Shown here in pieces: positions 1 to 13,949 of a stretch of 64,000 bases of DNA (the stretch's first letter is position 1; every line of letters begins with the position of its first letter). Source of the stretch: Octopus sinensis (taxonomy: Eukaryota); assembly GCF_006345805.1 (NCBI RefSeq), contig NC_043002.1, positions 110,360,001-110,424,000 on the forward strand, written 5' to 3'. The position numbers and the translations under genes are program-made. The notes under the pieces are model-generated. The model was not told the DNA's origin and did no database searches. It saw nothing but the letters and a program-made list of their open reading frames with translations.

Positions 1-1020
1 TACAAATGGCATGGTACAGTGAATAGGTAAAGAGGATCTTTGTGGGTTTTCATCATTGTTTACAATTATCTTTAAAAAAAATTTTTAATGTATCATATAA
101 ATGTAATTTTTGCCCCTGAATCCAAATTTGTTATTCATTTATTGCAGAAAAAGTTTGCAAAAATGTTACAGGTGTTCAAAGTTTGATAATTTTCAGAATT
201 TTCAGCCAATCAAAAAACAGCACATTCACTGCCTCTCCCATAATGGGGGTGGGGGTGGGGAACATCAGTATGTCAAAACATTAAACTAGCTATGGGAGCA
301 AATTAAATATTTAAAAGCTACAAACAACCAACAGGAGTTGCTAGAAATAACAGTCAAAACATTGTTTGAAACAGTTAAAAAAATTCAAGAAAAAGTTTGC
401 AATACATTCTGGGATTTTATAAAATAAATCTTTCTTGTATCTTGTCCACATAAATTCACAAATATAAGAGTCAACCATGCCCAGGTACTTTCAATTTGTT
501 GACTATGAGTCCCATCTGTCATGAAAAAACACAATAATAGAACAAGTAGTGGTTACACTCCTTGTACGCATGTGCAGCATCTTTAGTTACTATGGAAACA
601 GAGTTATTCACAGTGAATTATGGAACACGTGGTGCTTCTTTGCTTTGGTTACTATAGAAACAGACTTCTTCATCATGGTGACGTCTAAAATACTTGCTTC
701 TGATTGACTGAAATTCTCAGATTTTGTAAATTTTAGAGGCTAATAACCTTTTAATTATGGATTTATATGAAAAATGAATTTCATTTTCATAATTAGTCTA
801 CCAAACTTAATCTATATACCAAATTTGAAAACATTTGGAACAAAATTGTAAAACGTTATGAAAACCACAAAGATCTGATAAAGGTGAAGGGATAGAGAGT
901 GAGAAGAGGGTGAAAAGGGAAAGGGTGAAGGATTAAAAAATGCAAAAGTGTTAAGGAATTGAAGAGCAGCTTGAGTTAAAAAGTGAGTGTCCCCTTTTCT
1001 CTATGACAAAAGGATGTCAT

Positions 1021-1254
1021 ATCTATTTCTTTATTGCCCACAAGGGGCTAAACATAGAGGGGACAAACAAGGACAGACAAAGGGATTAAGTCGATTACAT
1101 CGACCCCAGTGCAAAACTGGTACTTTATTTATCGACCCCGAAAGGATGAAAGGCAAAGTCGACCTCGGCGGAATTTGAACTCAGAACGTAGCGGCAGATG
1201 AAATACCGCTAAGCATTTCGCCCGACGTGCTAACGATTCTGCCAGTTCGCCGCC
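1021..1254 (-). mobile_element. tRNA-derived SINE (family S2; Meta-domain-like core GCCTTTCATCCTTTCGGGGTCGATAAA)
   Basis: Minus strand reads GGCGGCGAACTGGCAGAATCGTTAGC (A box) ... GAGTTCAAATTCC (B box). Flanked by a ~17 bp TSD TGACAAAAGGATG(T/A)CAT at 1004-1020 and 1255-1271. Related copies at 32683 and 43770. Confidence 0.85.
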
Positions 1255-2566
1255 TGACAAAAGGATGACATATAGGCAAGGTGTAGAAAGTGGGCGGGGA
1301 AAGAGTGATAGATAATTGAGAAGGTGTTGAAGCAGCAGGGGTGAGTATCAGATGATGCTTTTGTTAAGTTTCATGTTAGAAGTGAGTTATGCATCCAGCC
1401 TCTGTCATCACCACTAAACTACTTAGTAACTAATTAGTAACTTATCATCTGGTATACTGGCTAGCTAGTAAGAAATAATTAAGTAACAAATAGTTTCCTA
1501 TAGTAACTAATTACTTAGTAATAGTGCACTATACTAAATAGTTAGTAACTAATAGTCTGACATACTAATTAGTAACTAATAACCTGGTTTTCTAATTAGC
1601 TAATAACTAATTGGTAACTGGTAGATTTACTAATTAGAAACTAATATTCCAGTAATGTAACTAATTAGTAACTAATAACCTGGTTTTCTAATTAGCTAAT
1701 AACTGATTGGTAACTGGTAGATTTACTAATTAGAAACTAATAGTCCAGTAATGTAACTAATTAGTAACTAATAACCTGGTTTTCTAATTAGCTAATAACT
1801 AATTGGTAACTGGTAGATTTACTAATTAGAAACTAATAGTCCAGTAATGTAACTAATTAGTAACTGGTAGATTTACTAATTAGAAACTAATAGTCCAGTA
1901 ATGTAACTAATTAGTAACTAATAACCTGGTTTTCTAATTAGCTAATAACTAATTGGTAACTGGTAGATTTACTAATTAGAAACTAATAGTCCAGTAATGT
2001 AACTAATTAGTAACTGGTAGATTTACTAATTAGAAACTAATAGTCCAGTAATGTAACTAATTAGTAACTAATAACCTGGTTTTCTAATTAGCTAATAACT
2101 AATTGGTAACTGGTAGATTTACTAATTAGAAACTAATAGTCCAGTAATGTAACTAATTAGTAACTGGTGTAGATTTACTAATTAGAAACTAATAGTCCAG
2201 TAATGTAACTAATTAGTAACTAATAACCTGGTTTTCTAATTAGCTAATAACTAATTGGTAACTGGTAGATTTACTAATTAGAAACTAATAGTCCAGTAAT
2301 GTAACTAATTAGTAACTGGTAGATTTACTAATTAGAAACTAATAGTCCAGTAATGTAACTAATTAGTAACTAATAACCTGGTTTTCTAATTAGCTAATAA
2401 CTAATTGGTAACTGGTAGATTTACTAATTAGAAACTAATGGTCCAGTAATGTAACTAATTAGTAACTGGTAGATTTACTAATTAGAAACTAATAGTCCAG
2501 TAATGTAACTAATTAGTAACTGGTAGATTTACTAATTAGAAACTAATAGTCCAGTAATGTAACTAA

Positions 2567-2909
2567 AGGGTAAAGACCCCCTTCGGTCATGAATGACCAT
2601 GGGATTGCACCTAGAAAGTTACCCTCCTAGACACAAGTCCGGGCAAGGTTGTTTTATGGAAGACCAGCAGTCGCCCATGCATACCAGCCTCCCCTCTCCA
2701 CGCCACCAGTGTTATCCAAGGGAAAGGCAAAGGTCGATACAGCTTGGCACCTGTGACGTTGCAACTCATTTCTACAGCTGAGTGAACTGGAGCAACGTGA
2801 AATAAAGTGCCTTGCTCGAGAACACAACACGCAGCCCGGTCCGGGATTCGAGCTCACAACCTCACGATCGTAAGCTCGACGCTCTAACCACTGAGCCATG
2901 CGCCTTAAC
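2567..2909 (-). mobile_element. tRNA-Arg(ACG)-derived SINE (family S3) inserted in the satellite, copy 1
   Basis: Head GGCGCATGGCTCAGTGGTTAGAGCG...CTTACGA...GAGCTCGAATCCC. CORE-like GAGCAAGGCACTTTATTTCACGTTGCTCC. 13-bp TSD GTAATGTAACTAA at 2554-2566 and 2910-2922. Confidence 0.92.
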
Positions 2910-4877
2910 GTAATGTAACTAATTAGTAACTAATAACCTGGTTTTCTAATTAGCTAATAACTAATTGGTAACTGGTAGATTTACTAATTAGAAACTAATA
3001 GTCCAGAAATGTAACTAATTAGTAACTAATAACCTGGTTTTCTAATTAGCTAATAACTAATTGGTAACTGGTAGATTTACTAATTAGAAACTAATAGTCC
3101 AGAAATGTAACTAATTAGTAACTAATAACCTGGTTTTCTAATTAGCTAATAACTAATTGGTAACTGGTAGATTTACTAATTAGAAACTAATAGTCCAGAA
3201 ATGTAACTAATTAGTAACTAATAACCTGGTTTTCTAATTAGCTAATAACTAATTGTAACTGGTAGATTTACTAATTAGAAACTAATAGTCCAGAAATGTA
3301 ACTAATTAGTAACTAATAACCTGGTTTTCTAATTAGCTAATAACTAATTGGTAACTGGTAGATTTACTAATTAGAAACTAATAGTCCAGAAATGTAACTA
3401 ATTAGTAATCTAATAACCTGGTTTTCTAATTAGTTAATAACTAATTGGTAACTGGTAGATTTACTAATTAGAAACTATAGTCCAGTAATGTAACTAATTA
3501 GTAACTAATAACCTGGTTTTCTAATTAGCTAATAACTAATTGGTAACTGGTAGATTTACTAATTAGAAACTAATAGTCCAGTAATGTAACTAATTAGTAA
3601 CTGGTAGATTTACTAATTAGAAACTAATAGTCCAGTAATGTAACTAATTAGTAACTAATAACCTGTTTTCTAATTAGCTAATAACTAATTGGTAACTGGT
3701 AGATTACTAATTAGAAACTAATAGTCCAGTAATGTAACTAATTAGTAACTAATAACTGGTTTTCTAATTAGCTAATACTAATTGGTAACTGGTAGATTTA
3801 CTAATTAGAAACTATAGTCCAGTAATGTAACTAATTAGTAACTAATAACCTGGTTTTCTAATTAGCTAATAACTAATTGGTAACTGGTAGATTTACTAAT
3901 TAGAAACTAATAGTCCAGTAATGTAACTAATTAGTAACTGGTAGATTTACTAATTAGAAACTAATAGTCCAGTAATGTAACTAATTAGTAACTAATACCT
4001 GGTTTTCTAATTAGCTAATAACTAATTGGTAACTGGTAGATTTACTAATTAGAAACTAATAGTCCAGTAATGTAACTAATTAGTAACTGGTAGATTTACT
4101 AATTAGAAACTAATAGTCCAGTAATGTAACTATTAGTAACTAATAACCTGGTTTTCTAATTAGCTAATAACTAATTGGTAACTGGTAGATTTACTAATTA
4201 GAAACTAATGGTCCAGTAATGTAACTAATTAGTAACTGGTAGATTTACTAATTAGAAACTAATAGTCCAGTAATGTAACTAATTAGTAACTAATAACTGG
4301 TTTTCTAATTAGCTAATAACTAATTGGTAACTGGTAGATTTACTAATTAGAAACTAATAGTCCAGTAATGTAACTAATTAGTAACTAATACCTGGTTTTC
4401 TAATTAGCTAATAACTAATTGGTAACTGGTAGATTTACTAATTAGAAACTAATAGTCCAGTAATGTAACTAATTAGTAACTGGTAGATTTACTAATTAGA
4501 AACTAATAGTCCAGTAATGTAACTAATTAGTAACTAATAACCTGGTTTTCTAATTAGCTAATAACTAATTGGTAACTGGTAGATTTACTAATTAGAAACT
4601 AATAGTCCAGTAATGTAACTAATTAGTAACTGGTAGATTTACTAATTAGAAACTAATAGTCCAGTATGTAACTAATTAGTAACTAATAACCTGGTTTTCT
4701 AATTAGCTAATAACTAATTGGTAACTGGTAGATTTACTAATTAGAAACTAATGGTCCAGTAATGTAACTAATTAGTAACTGGTAGATTTACTAATTAGAA
4801 ACTAATAGTCCAGTAATGTAACTAATTAGTAACTGTAGATTTACTAATTAGAAACTAATAGTCAGTAATGTAACTAA

Positions 4878-5218
4878 AGGGTAAAGACCCCCTTCGGTCA
4901 TGAATGACCATGGGATTGCACCTAGAAAGTTACCCTCCTAGACACAAGTCCGGGCAAGGTTGTTTTATGGAAGACCAGCAGTCGCCCATGCATACCAGCC
5001 TCCCCTCTCCACGCCACCAGTGTTATCCAAGGGAAAGGCAAAGGTCGATACAGCTTGCACCTGTGACGTTGCAACTCATTTCTACAGCTGAGTGAACTGG
5101 AGCAACGTGAAATAAAGTGCCTTGCTCGAGAACACAACACGCAGCCCGGTCGGGATTCGAGCTCACAACCTCACGATCGTAAGCTCGACGCTCTAACCAC
5201 TGAGCCATGCGCCTTAAC
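4878..5218 (-). mobile_element. S3 SINE in the satellite, copy 2
   Basis: Same sequence, insertion point and TSD as copy 1, apart from two single-base deletions. Confidence 0.92.
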
Positions 5219-7857
5219 GTAATGTAACTAATTAGTAACTAATAACCTGGTTTTCTAATTAGCTAATAACTAATTGGTAACTGGTAGATTTACTAATTAG
5301 AAACTAATAGTCCAGAAATGTAACTAATTAGTAACTAATAACCTGGTTTTCTAATTAGCTAATAACTAATTGGTAACTGGTAGATTTACTAATTAGAAAC
5401 TAATAGTCCAGACATGTAACTAATTAGTAACTAATAACCTGGTTTTCTAATTAGCTAATAACTAATTGGTAACTGGTAGATTTACTAATTAGAAACTAAT
5501 AGTCCAGAAATGTAACTAATTAGTAACTAATAACTGGTTTTCTAATTAGCTAATAACTAATTGGTAACTGGTAGATTTACTAATTAGAAACTAATAGTCC
5601 AGAAATGTAACTAATTAGTAACTAATAACCTGGTTTTCTATTAGCTAATAACTATTGGTAACTGGTAGATTTACTAATTAGAAACTAATAGTCCAGAAAT
5701 GTAACTAATTAGTAATCTAATAACCTGGTTTTCTAATTAGTTAATAACTAATTGGTAACTGGTAGATTTACTAATTAGAAACTAATAGTCCAGAAATGTA
5801 ACTAATTAGTAACTAATAACCTGGTTTTCTAATTAGCTAATAACTAATTGGTAACTGGTAGATTTACTAATTAGAAACTAATAGTCCAGTAATGTAACTA
5901 ATTAGTAACTGGTAGATTTACTAATTAGAAACTAATAGTCCAGTAATGTAACTAATTAGTAACTAATAACCTGGTTTTCTAATTAGCTAATAACTAATTG
6001 GTAACTGGTAGATTTACTAATTAGAAACTAATAGTCCAGTAATGTAACTAATTAGTAACTAATAACCTGGTTTTCTAATTAGCTAATAACTAATTGGTAA
6101 CTGGTAGATTTACTAATTAGAAACTAATAGTCCAGTAATGTAACTAATTAGTAACTAATAACCTGGTTTTCTAATTAGCTAATAACTAATTGGTAACTGG
6201 TAGATTTACTAATTAGAAACTAATAGTCCAGTAATGTAACTAATTAGTAACTAATAACCTGGTTTTCTAATTAGCTAATAACTAATTGGTAACTGGTAGA
6301 TTTACTAATTAGAAACTAATAGTCCAGTAATGTAACTAATTAGTAACTAATAACCTGGTTTTCTAATTAGCTAATAACTAATTGGTAACTGGTAGATTTA
6401 CTAATTAGAAACTAATAGTCCAGTAATGTAACTAATTAGTAACTAATAACCTGGTTTTCTAATTAGCTAATAACTAATTGGTAACTGGTAGATTTACTAA
6501 TTAGAAACTAATAGTCCAGTAATGTAACTAATTAGTAACTGGTAGATTTACTAATTAGAAACTAATAGTCCAGTAATGTAACTAATTAGTAACTAATAAC
6601 CTGGTTTTCTAATTAGCTAATAACTAATTGGTAACTGGTAGATTTACTAATTAGAAACTAATAGTCCAGTAATGTAACTAATTAGTAACTAATAACCTGG
6701 TTTTCTAATTAGCTAATAACTAATTGGTAACTGGTAGATTTACTAATTAGAAACTAATAGTCCAGTAATGTAACTAATTAGTAACTAATAACCTGGTTTT
6801 CTAATTAGCTAATAACTAATTGGTAACTGGTAGATTTACTAATTAGAAACTAATAGTCCAGTAATGTAACTAATTAGTAACTAATAACCTGGTTTTCTAA
6901 TTAGCTAATAACTAATTGGTAACTGGTAGATTTACTAATTAGAAACTAATAGTCCAGTAATGTAACTAATTAGTAACTAATAACCTGGTTTTCTAATTAG
7001 CTAATAACTAATTGGTAACTGGTAGATTTACTAATTAGAAACTAATAGTCCAGTAATGTAACTAATTAGTAACTGGTAGATTTACTAATTAGAAACTAAT
7101 AGTCCAGTAATGTAACTAATTAGTAACTAATAACCTGGTTTTCTAATTAGCTAATAACTAATTGGTAACTGGTAGATTTACTAATTAGAAACTAATAGTC
7201 CAGTAATGTAACTAATTAGTAACTAATAACCTGGTTTTCTAATTAGCTAATAACTAATTGGTAACTGGTAGATTTACTAATTAGAAACTAATAGTCCAGT
7301 AATGTAACTAATTAGTAACTAATAACCTGGTTTTCTAATTAGCTAATAACTAATTGGTAACTGGTAGATTTACTAATTAGAAACTAATAGTCCAGTAATG
7401 TAACTAATTAGTAACTAATAACCTGGTTTTCTAATTAGCTAATAACTAATTGGTAACTGGTAGATTTACTAATTAGAAACTAATAGTCCAGTAATGTAAC
7501 TAATTAGTAACTAATAACCTGGTTTTCTAATTAGCTAATAACTAATTGGTAACTGGTAGATTTACTAATTAGAAACTAATAGTCCAGTAATGTAACTAAT
7601 TAGTAACTGGTAGATTTACTAATTAGAAACTAATAGTCCAGTAATGTAACTAATTAGTAACTAATAACCTGGTTTTCTAATTAGCTAATAACTAATTGGT
7701 AACTGGTAGATTTACTAATTAGAAACTAATGGTCCAGTAATGTAACTAATTAGTAACTGGTAGATTTACTAATTAGAAACTAATAGTCCAGTAATGTAAC
7801 TAATTAGTAACTGGTAGATTTACTAATTAGAAACTAATAGTCCAGTAATGTAACTAA

Positions 7858-8200
7858 AGGGTAAAGACCCCCTTCGGTCATGAATGACCATGGGATTGCA
7901 CCTAGAAAGTTACCCTCCTAGACACAAGTCCGGGCAAGGTTGTTTTATGGAAGACCAGCAGTCGCCCATGCATACCAGCCTCCCCTCTCCACGCCACCAG
8001 TGTTATCCAAGGGAAAGGCAAAGGTCGATACAGCTTGGCACCTGTGACGTTGCAACTCATTTCTACAGCTGAGTGAACTGGAGCAACGTGAAATAAAGTG
8101 CCTTGCTCGAGAACACAACACGCAGCCCGGTCCGGGATTCGAGCTCACAACCTCACGATCGTAAGCTCGACGCTCTAACCACTGAGCCATGCGCCTTAAC
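7858..8200 (-). mobile_element. S3 SINE in the satellite, copy 3
   Basis: Appears identical to copy 1 (343 bp), with the same TSD. Confidence 0.92.
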
Positions 8201-9433
8201 GTAATGTAACTAATTAGTAACTAATAACCTGGTTTTCTAATTAGCTAATAACTAATTGGTAACTGGTAGATTTACTAATTAGAAACTAATAGTCCAGAAA
8301 TGTAACTAATTAGTAACTAATAACCTGGTTTTCTAATTAGCTAATAACTAATTGGTAACTGGTAGATTTACTAATTAGAAACTAATAGTCCAGAATGTAA
8401 CTATTAGTAACTAATAACCTGGTTTTCTAATTAGCTAATAACTAATTGGTAACTGGTAGATTTACTAATTAGAAACTAATAGTCCAGAAATGTAACTAAT
8501 TAGTAACTAATAACCTGGTTTTCTAATTAGCTAATAACTAATTGTAACTGGTAGATTTACTAATTAGAAACTAATAGTCCAGAATGTAACTAATTAGTAA
8601 CTAATAACCTGGTTTTCTAATTAGCTAATAACTAATTGGTAACTGGTAGATTTACTAATTAGAAACTAATAGTCCAGAAATGTAACTAATTAGTAATCTA
8701 ATAACCTGGTTTTCTAATTAGTTAATAACTAATTGGTAACTGGTAGATTTACTAATTAGAAACTAATAGTCCAGAAATGTAACTAATTAGTAACTAATAA
8801 CCTGGTTTTCTAATTAGCTAATAACTAATTGGTAACTGGTAGATTTACTAATTAGAAACTAATAGTCCAGTAATGTAACTAATTAGTAACTGGTAGATTT
8901 ACTAATTAGAAACTAATAGTCCAGTAATGTAACTAATTAGTAACTAATAACCTGGTTTTCTAATTAGCTAATAACTAATTGGTAACTGGTAGATTTACTA
9001 ATTAGAAACTAATAGTCCAGTAATGTAACTAATTAGTAACTGGTAGATTTACTAATTAGAAACTAATAGTCCAGTAATGTAACTAATTAGTAACTGGTAG
9101 ATTTACTAATTAGAAACTAATAGTCCAGTAATGTAACTAATTAGTGTCAAACTGTACTAACTTGTTAATTACTATAAATTTCTATTTAATCAAACATCAG
9201 TCTTTTAGTCTTTTATTGTTGGGTGTTGGAAGTTGAAGATCAGGATTCTTCTATCTGCATATGTGGTTTTCAACACAGAACAAAATGTTAAGTGCCTACT
9301 GTTATGCAGAACTCACATTCAGCACCAGAGTCCAGATCTTCTGGCAAGGTGACCAATGGACTTTCAGTTTGACTACTTCAGCTACTTTTTGTTGCCTTTT
9401 TTTCTCTCAAGGCCCAGAGGAAACTGTGTCCAG

Positions 9434-9940
9434 CATCATCAACATCATCATCATCATCATCGTTTAACGTCCGTTTTCCGCGCTAGCACGGGTTGGACGG
9501 TTTGACTGGGGTCTGGGAAGCGAGGGGCTGCACCAGGCTCCAGTCTGATCTGGCAGTGTTTCTACAGCTGGATGCCCTTCCTAACGCCAACCACTCCGCG
9601 AGTGTAGTGGGTGCTTTTTACGTGCCACCTGCACAGGTGCCCCGGGGGGGTCTGGCATCGGCCACGATCGGGTGGTGCTTTTAACGTGCCACCGCTGAAG
9701 TCAGCCAAGGCGGCGCTGGCATCGGCCACGTTCGGATGGTGCTTTTTATGTGCCACCGGCACAGAAGCCAGTCGAGGCGGCGCTGGCATCAGCCACGTTC
9801 GGATGGTGCTTTTTATGTGCCACCGGCACAGAAGCCAGCCAAGGTGGAGCTGGCATCGGCCACGTTCGGATGGTGCTTTTTATGTGCCATCGGCACAGAA
9901 GCCGGTCGAGGCGGCACTGGCATCGGCCACGTTCGGATGA
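9434..9940 (-). mobile_element. 5'-truncated RTE-type LINE 3' end with ~60-bp tandem repeats and (GAT)n tail
   Basis: Reverse complement of GGTTGGCGTTAGGAAGGGCATCCAGCTGTAGAAAC...GTTAAACGATGATG. The same tail is attached to RTE RT frames at 29425-30870 and 47220-48390. Confidence 0.8.
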
Positions 9941-10176
9941 TGAAGCTAAAAAAAATTATTACTGAATTACAATGCTCCCACTGCTTACAATAGTGAGCTA
10001 TAACATAAGCTATGGTAACAATTTACAATCACATTTACAGTTTAGTATTTACAGTTCAGTAACCAGAGCCAACAAAAGTTAAGTGTTGTGCTACTTGACT
10101 TTGTTGTAATATGAGTCACCAACTCTTCAGCTTGTAGACCATCACACTATTGACTCGGTCATTTAGGGCTTTCATA

Positions 10177-10574
10177 TCTTTATATATAAAAGTGAAGTTG
10201 TGTGTCTGTCTCCTACGATTTAGATTCCTAACTACTACCACATTTTGCGGTGCAGTTTAACCAAAACCGGGTATCTTATAGTCGTGATTCATATCGAGCC
10301 GTTCTGGGTATTAGCCAGCGTCTACGATGAGTCTACGATTTAAAAAAAAATTTACCATCATTTTTTTCCATTCTAATGCATTTTTTTCGCTATTATATAA
10401 GGGAAGTAACTCTCTAAAAATGTCTACGATGAGTCAACGATTTAAAAAAAAAATTACCATAATTTTTTTCCCATTTTTAATGCATTTTTTTGCTATTTTT
10501 TGGCTATAACTCTCTAAAAATGCTTTATAATTATTTCCCTTACAAACCCGAGCAACGCCGGGCGATACTGCTAG
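10177..10574 (+). mobile_element. Non-autonomous Helitron, interior type A
   Basis: 5' TC(TTTATATATAAAAG), subterminal hairpin CCCG-AGCAACGC-CGGG, 3' CTAG, inserted between A and T, no TSD. Confidence 0.88.
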
Positions 10575-11349
10575 TTTAATATAATTTGCTAATGTTGATG
10601 TTTCACTCCAGGTCAGCCCTTACATTGCAGGCCTATTTCAGCTGTGGCTATCCTGTATCCTTAGGCAGTATGCATCCAGGACCATATTATCCAATGTATT
10701 TTCTGCCTCCTTTTTAATGTAATAGGTTCTGATTTGAGAGAGATTTGGTGGCTATTTCTAGTAGAGTAAGTAGCCAAATATAGACTCCCTTGCTGGCTCA
10801 AGTAAGTTTGTACATAACTGTGATAACTATAATTTACATGGAAATAGAAATAGGGAAGTTGAGACATTCATGCTTCTTTTGCTCCTTGCTCTTTTGCTCT
10901 TTTACTTGTTTCAGTCATTTTGACTGCGACCATGCTGGAGCACCGCCTTTAGTCGAGCAAATCGACCCTGGGACTTATTCTTTGTAAGCCCAGTACTTAT
11001 TCTATCGCTCTCTTTTGCCGAACCGCTAAGTGACGGGGACGTAAACACACCAGCATCGGTTGTCAAGCAATGCTAGGGGGACAAACACAGACACACAAAC
11101 ACACACATACATATATATATATATACACACATACATATATATATATCCCCCTCTTTTCTGCTTTCCGGTTTTGGCTGATGGAACCTCGGTTCCCGCGTAG
11201 CGGGCGTTCGAGGGCCTTTGCGCTCGCGCGCCTTGGCGCGCGCTGGGGGCTTGGTCGGCCCCTTGGGCTTGCGTTGTACTGCTTGTGCGTTGTGTGCGTG
11301 AGCGCGCTTCGTGTGTGTGGGCTTGCTTCGGATGTGCGCGTGCGTGTGT

Positions 11350-13400
11350 ATGCATACATACCCACACACTCGCATGCATCCCTACCCACATACATACACG
11401 CACACCTACTCACACACACACATACACACACATACCTGCACACACACACACATACATACATACAGATACATACCTACTTCAGACATACACACACACATAC
11501 ATACACCCATACACTCACACTCACACGCATACACAACACACATACACACGCACACGTACACATACACACACACACACACACCTACATACATACATTACAC
11601 TTGTATACACACACACTACATTCATACACACACACACCTACACAGCCATACCCTCACTCAGACACACACATCTACCTACACACACACACAAACACACACG
11701 GACACACACCCATACATACATACATCTACACACACACGCCTACACACATACATACACACATCATAAACACACACACATACACATATACACACATACGCAC
11801 ACACACATATACTTATACACATGCACACACACACACACACATACATACCCCATATACATACACACACACATACCCACATACTCCTATACGCACATACATA
11901 CACACAGACATACACACTCACACAAACATACACACACACATACTTACACACACACACTCACCTGCACGCGCACACACATGCATGACAAACACCCATACAC
12001 TCACACTCACATACGCACACACCAACATAAACACGCACACGCACACACACACCCACACTCCCACAACATACACACGCACCTACATACACACACGCACGCA
12101 TACACACGCATACACACATACATTACACACGTACACACACACCTACATACACATGCATACACACACACACACAACATGCCGGACACACCCCCAGACATAC
12201 ACACATACACCTATATACACACCCCACACACCTACATACACACACATCATACACAACAACACATACACGGACACACCCATACATACTTACATACATACAC
12301 CTATACACACACGCCTACACACCTACATACACACACATGCATACACACACACACCACATGTACGCACATACACACACATATACGCACATACATATATACC
12401 CACACACATGCACACAACACACACACATACGCACATGCATGCATGCATGCACACGCGCACACCTACACGCATACACACACACACGCACGTACACATACAT
12501 ACATACACACACGCATACATACACCCATACACATACATGCATCCTACACACACATACATACACACTCACACATACTTACACACACACACACTCACTCACA
12601 CACCTGTATGTACGCGCACACACATGCACATACACACACTTCCCCACACCCACACGTACATACATACACACTCACACACATACACACACACACACACACA
12701 CGGACATACATCTATGCACACACATACATACACACATACTCACATACATTCATCGGACACACTGCCACCCAGACATACACACAGACACACTCACACATCC
12801 ACACACATACATACTTACGCGCATACTCGCAGGCGCGCGCACACACGCGCTTGCGCCGGTTCGCGCACGCATACGCGCCGCATGCACCTCGCTCTTGGAC
12901 CCGACGAGACCTCCCGCCCGTTCCTGGGACCGTCGCGTGTCGTTGGGTTTTCCCACGCCCGTCTCCGCGGGACCACTCTTCCATCTTCCCCTCAGCTGGA
13001 GTCCTTTTTCCTTAACCCCCCCCTTTTTCGTTACACACAGGTGCACACATATACAAACATTGCTTAAATATATACATTACTCTTACACACATTCAATCTA
13101 CTCGCCATTAATACCACCACGACACTGGACACACACCACACACTACTACTCAACACACGCTGGCACGCTACATACGCCCCCACCCCTTCCCCTCCCTCCC
13201 TTCCTCCTTCCTCTTTTTCTTACTACTGACCTTGTCTGCTAAGCTGACCACTATCTCGCCCTACCACCTCACGCCTACACACAGACGCACACACTACACA
13301 CACATATATTTTTTTTTTTTTTCATCTCGCCTCACACACACACATACACACACGCACACGCACACACTCACACATACACACACATCTGTTGCGTTACCAA
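11350..13400. repeat. Highly degenerate (CA/TACA)n tract; the His/Thr-rich ORFs are spurious
   Basis: Low-complexity C/A strand with no coding character. Confidence 0.85.
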
Positions 13401-13556
13401 CCTTGTCTCCACTCTTTTGCCTTTAAAAACCCACTTTGCTCTGTTATCGTAAACATCCGCCTTTCACCATGTGCAACTCGTAAACACCAGTCGTCTTTTT
13501 TCTCTTTCCCTGTTGCCCGCTCTGGGATCTTTCTTTCCTCTCTCTTCCTTCTTTAT

Positions 13557-13591
13557 GTTTCCGACGAAGAGCTCCGCTCGAAACGTCATAC
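13557..13591 (+). ncRNA. Minimal type-I hammerhead-like motif (U4C core variant), repeat family A
   Basis: GUUU-CCGACGA-A-GAGC(UCC)GCUC-GAAA-CG-UC|AUAC. Helix II perfect, helix III palindrome ACGU, helix I 3 of 4 pairs. A second copy lies at 57621. Confidence 0.45.
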
Positions 13592-13706
13592 CTCCCTGCT
13601 TCCATTTCCTGAGCGCCTATTAATAATAATACTGTAATTGTTCCATTGTTGTTGTTTTTTTTTCCTGTTTGGATTAAAATTATACATTATATATATATAT
13701 ATATAT

Positions 13707-13758
<52 letters not shown>

Positions 13759-13897
13759 ATACATATATTATATATATCTTATACAACATATATATACATA
13801 TATACGACAGGCTCTTTCAGTTTCCGTCTACCAAATCCCTCAAACACAGACACACAAACACACACATACATACTCTATATATACACATATACACCAT

Positions 13898-13949
<52 letters not shown>

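Larger units (their letters stand above)
1416..9145. repeat. AT-rich tandem satellite with 96-bp and 54-bp units (54 = 96 minus a 42-bp block); degenerate precursor-like flank at 1416-1565
   Basis: Unit GTAACTAATTAGTAACT[AATAACCTGGTTTTCTAATTAGCTAATAACTAATTGGTAACT]GGTAGATTTACTAATTAGAAACTAATAGTCCAGTAAT. Period of 96 confirmed at 6061/6157. Confidence 0.97.

Noticed and set aside
245-260. G-quadruplex
   Set aside because: Only three G-tracts.
2835-2905. tRNA-Arg genes at the S3/S4 SINE heads
   Set aside because: They run directly into SINE bodies bounded by TSDs and lack a proper acceptor stem and terminator.
1565-9145. CRISPR-like appearance (repeats with inserted unique segments)
   Set aside because: The inserts are three copies of one SINE, there are no unique spacers or cas genes, and the context is eukaryotic.
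11070-13242. 665/576/301-aa His/Thr-rich ORFs
   Set aside because: Translations of degenerate (CA)n, open in several frames, with no domain.
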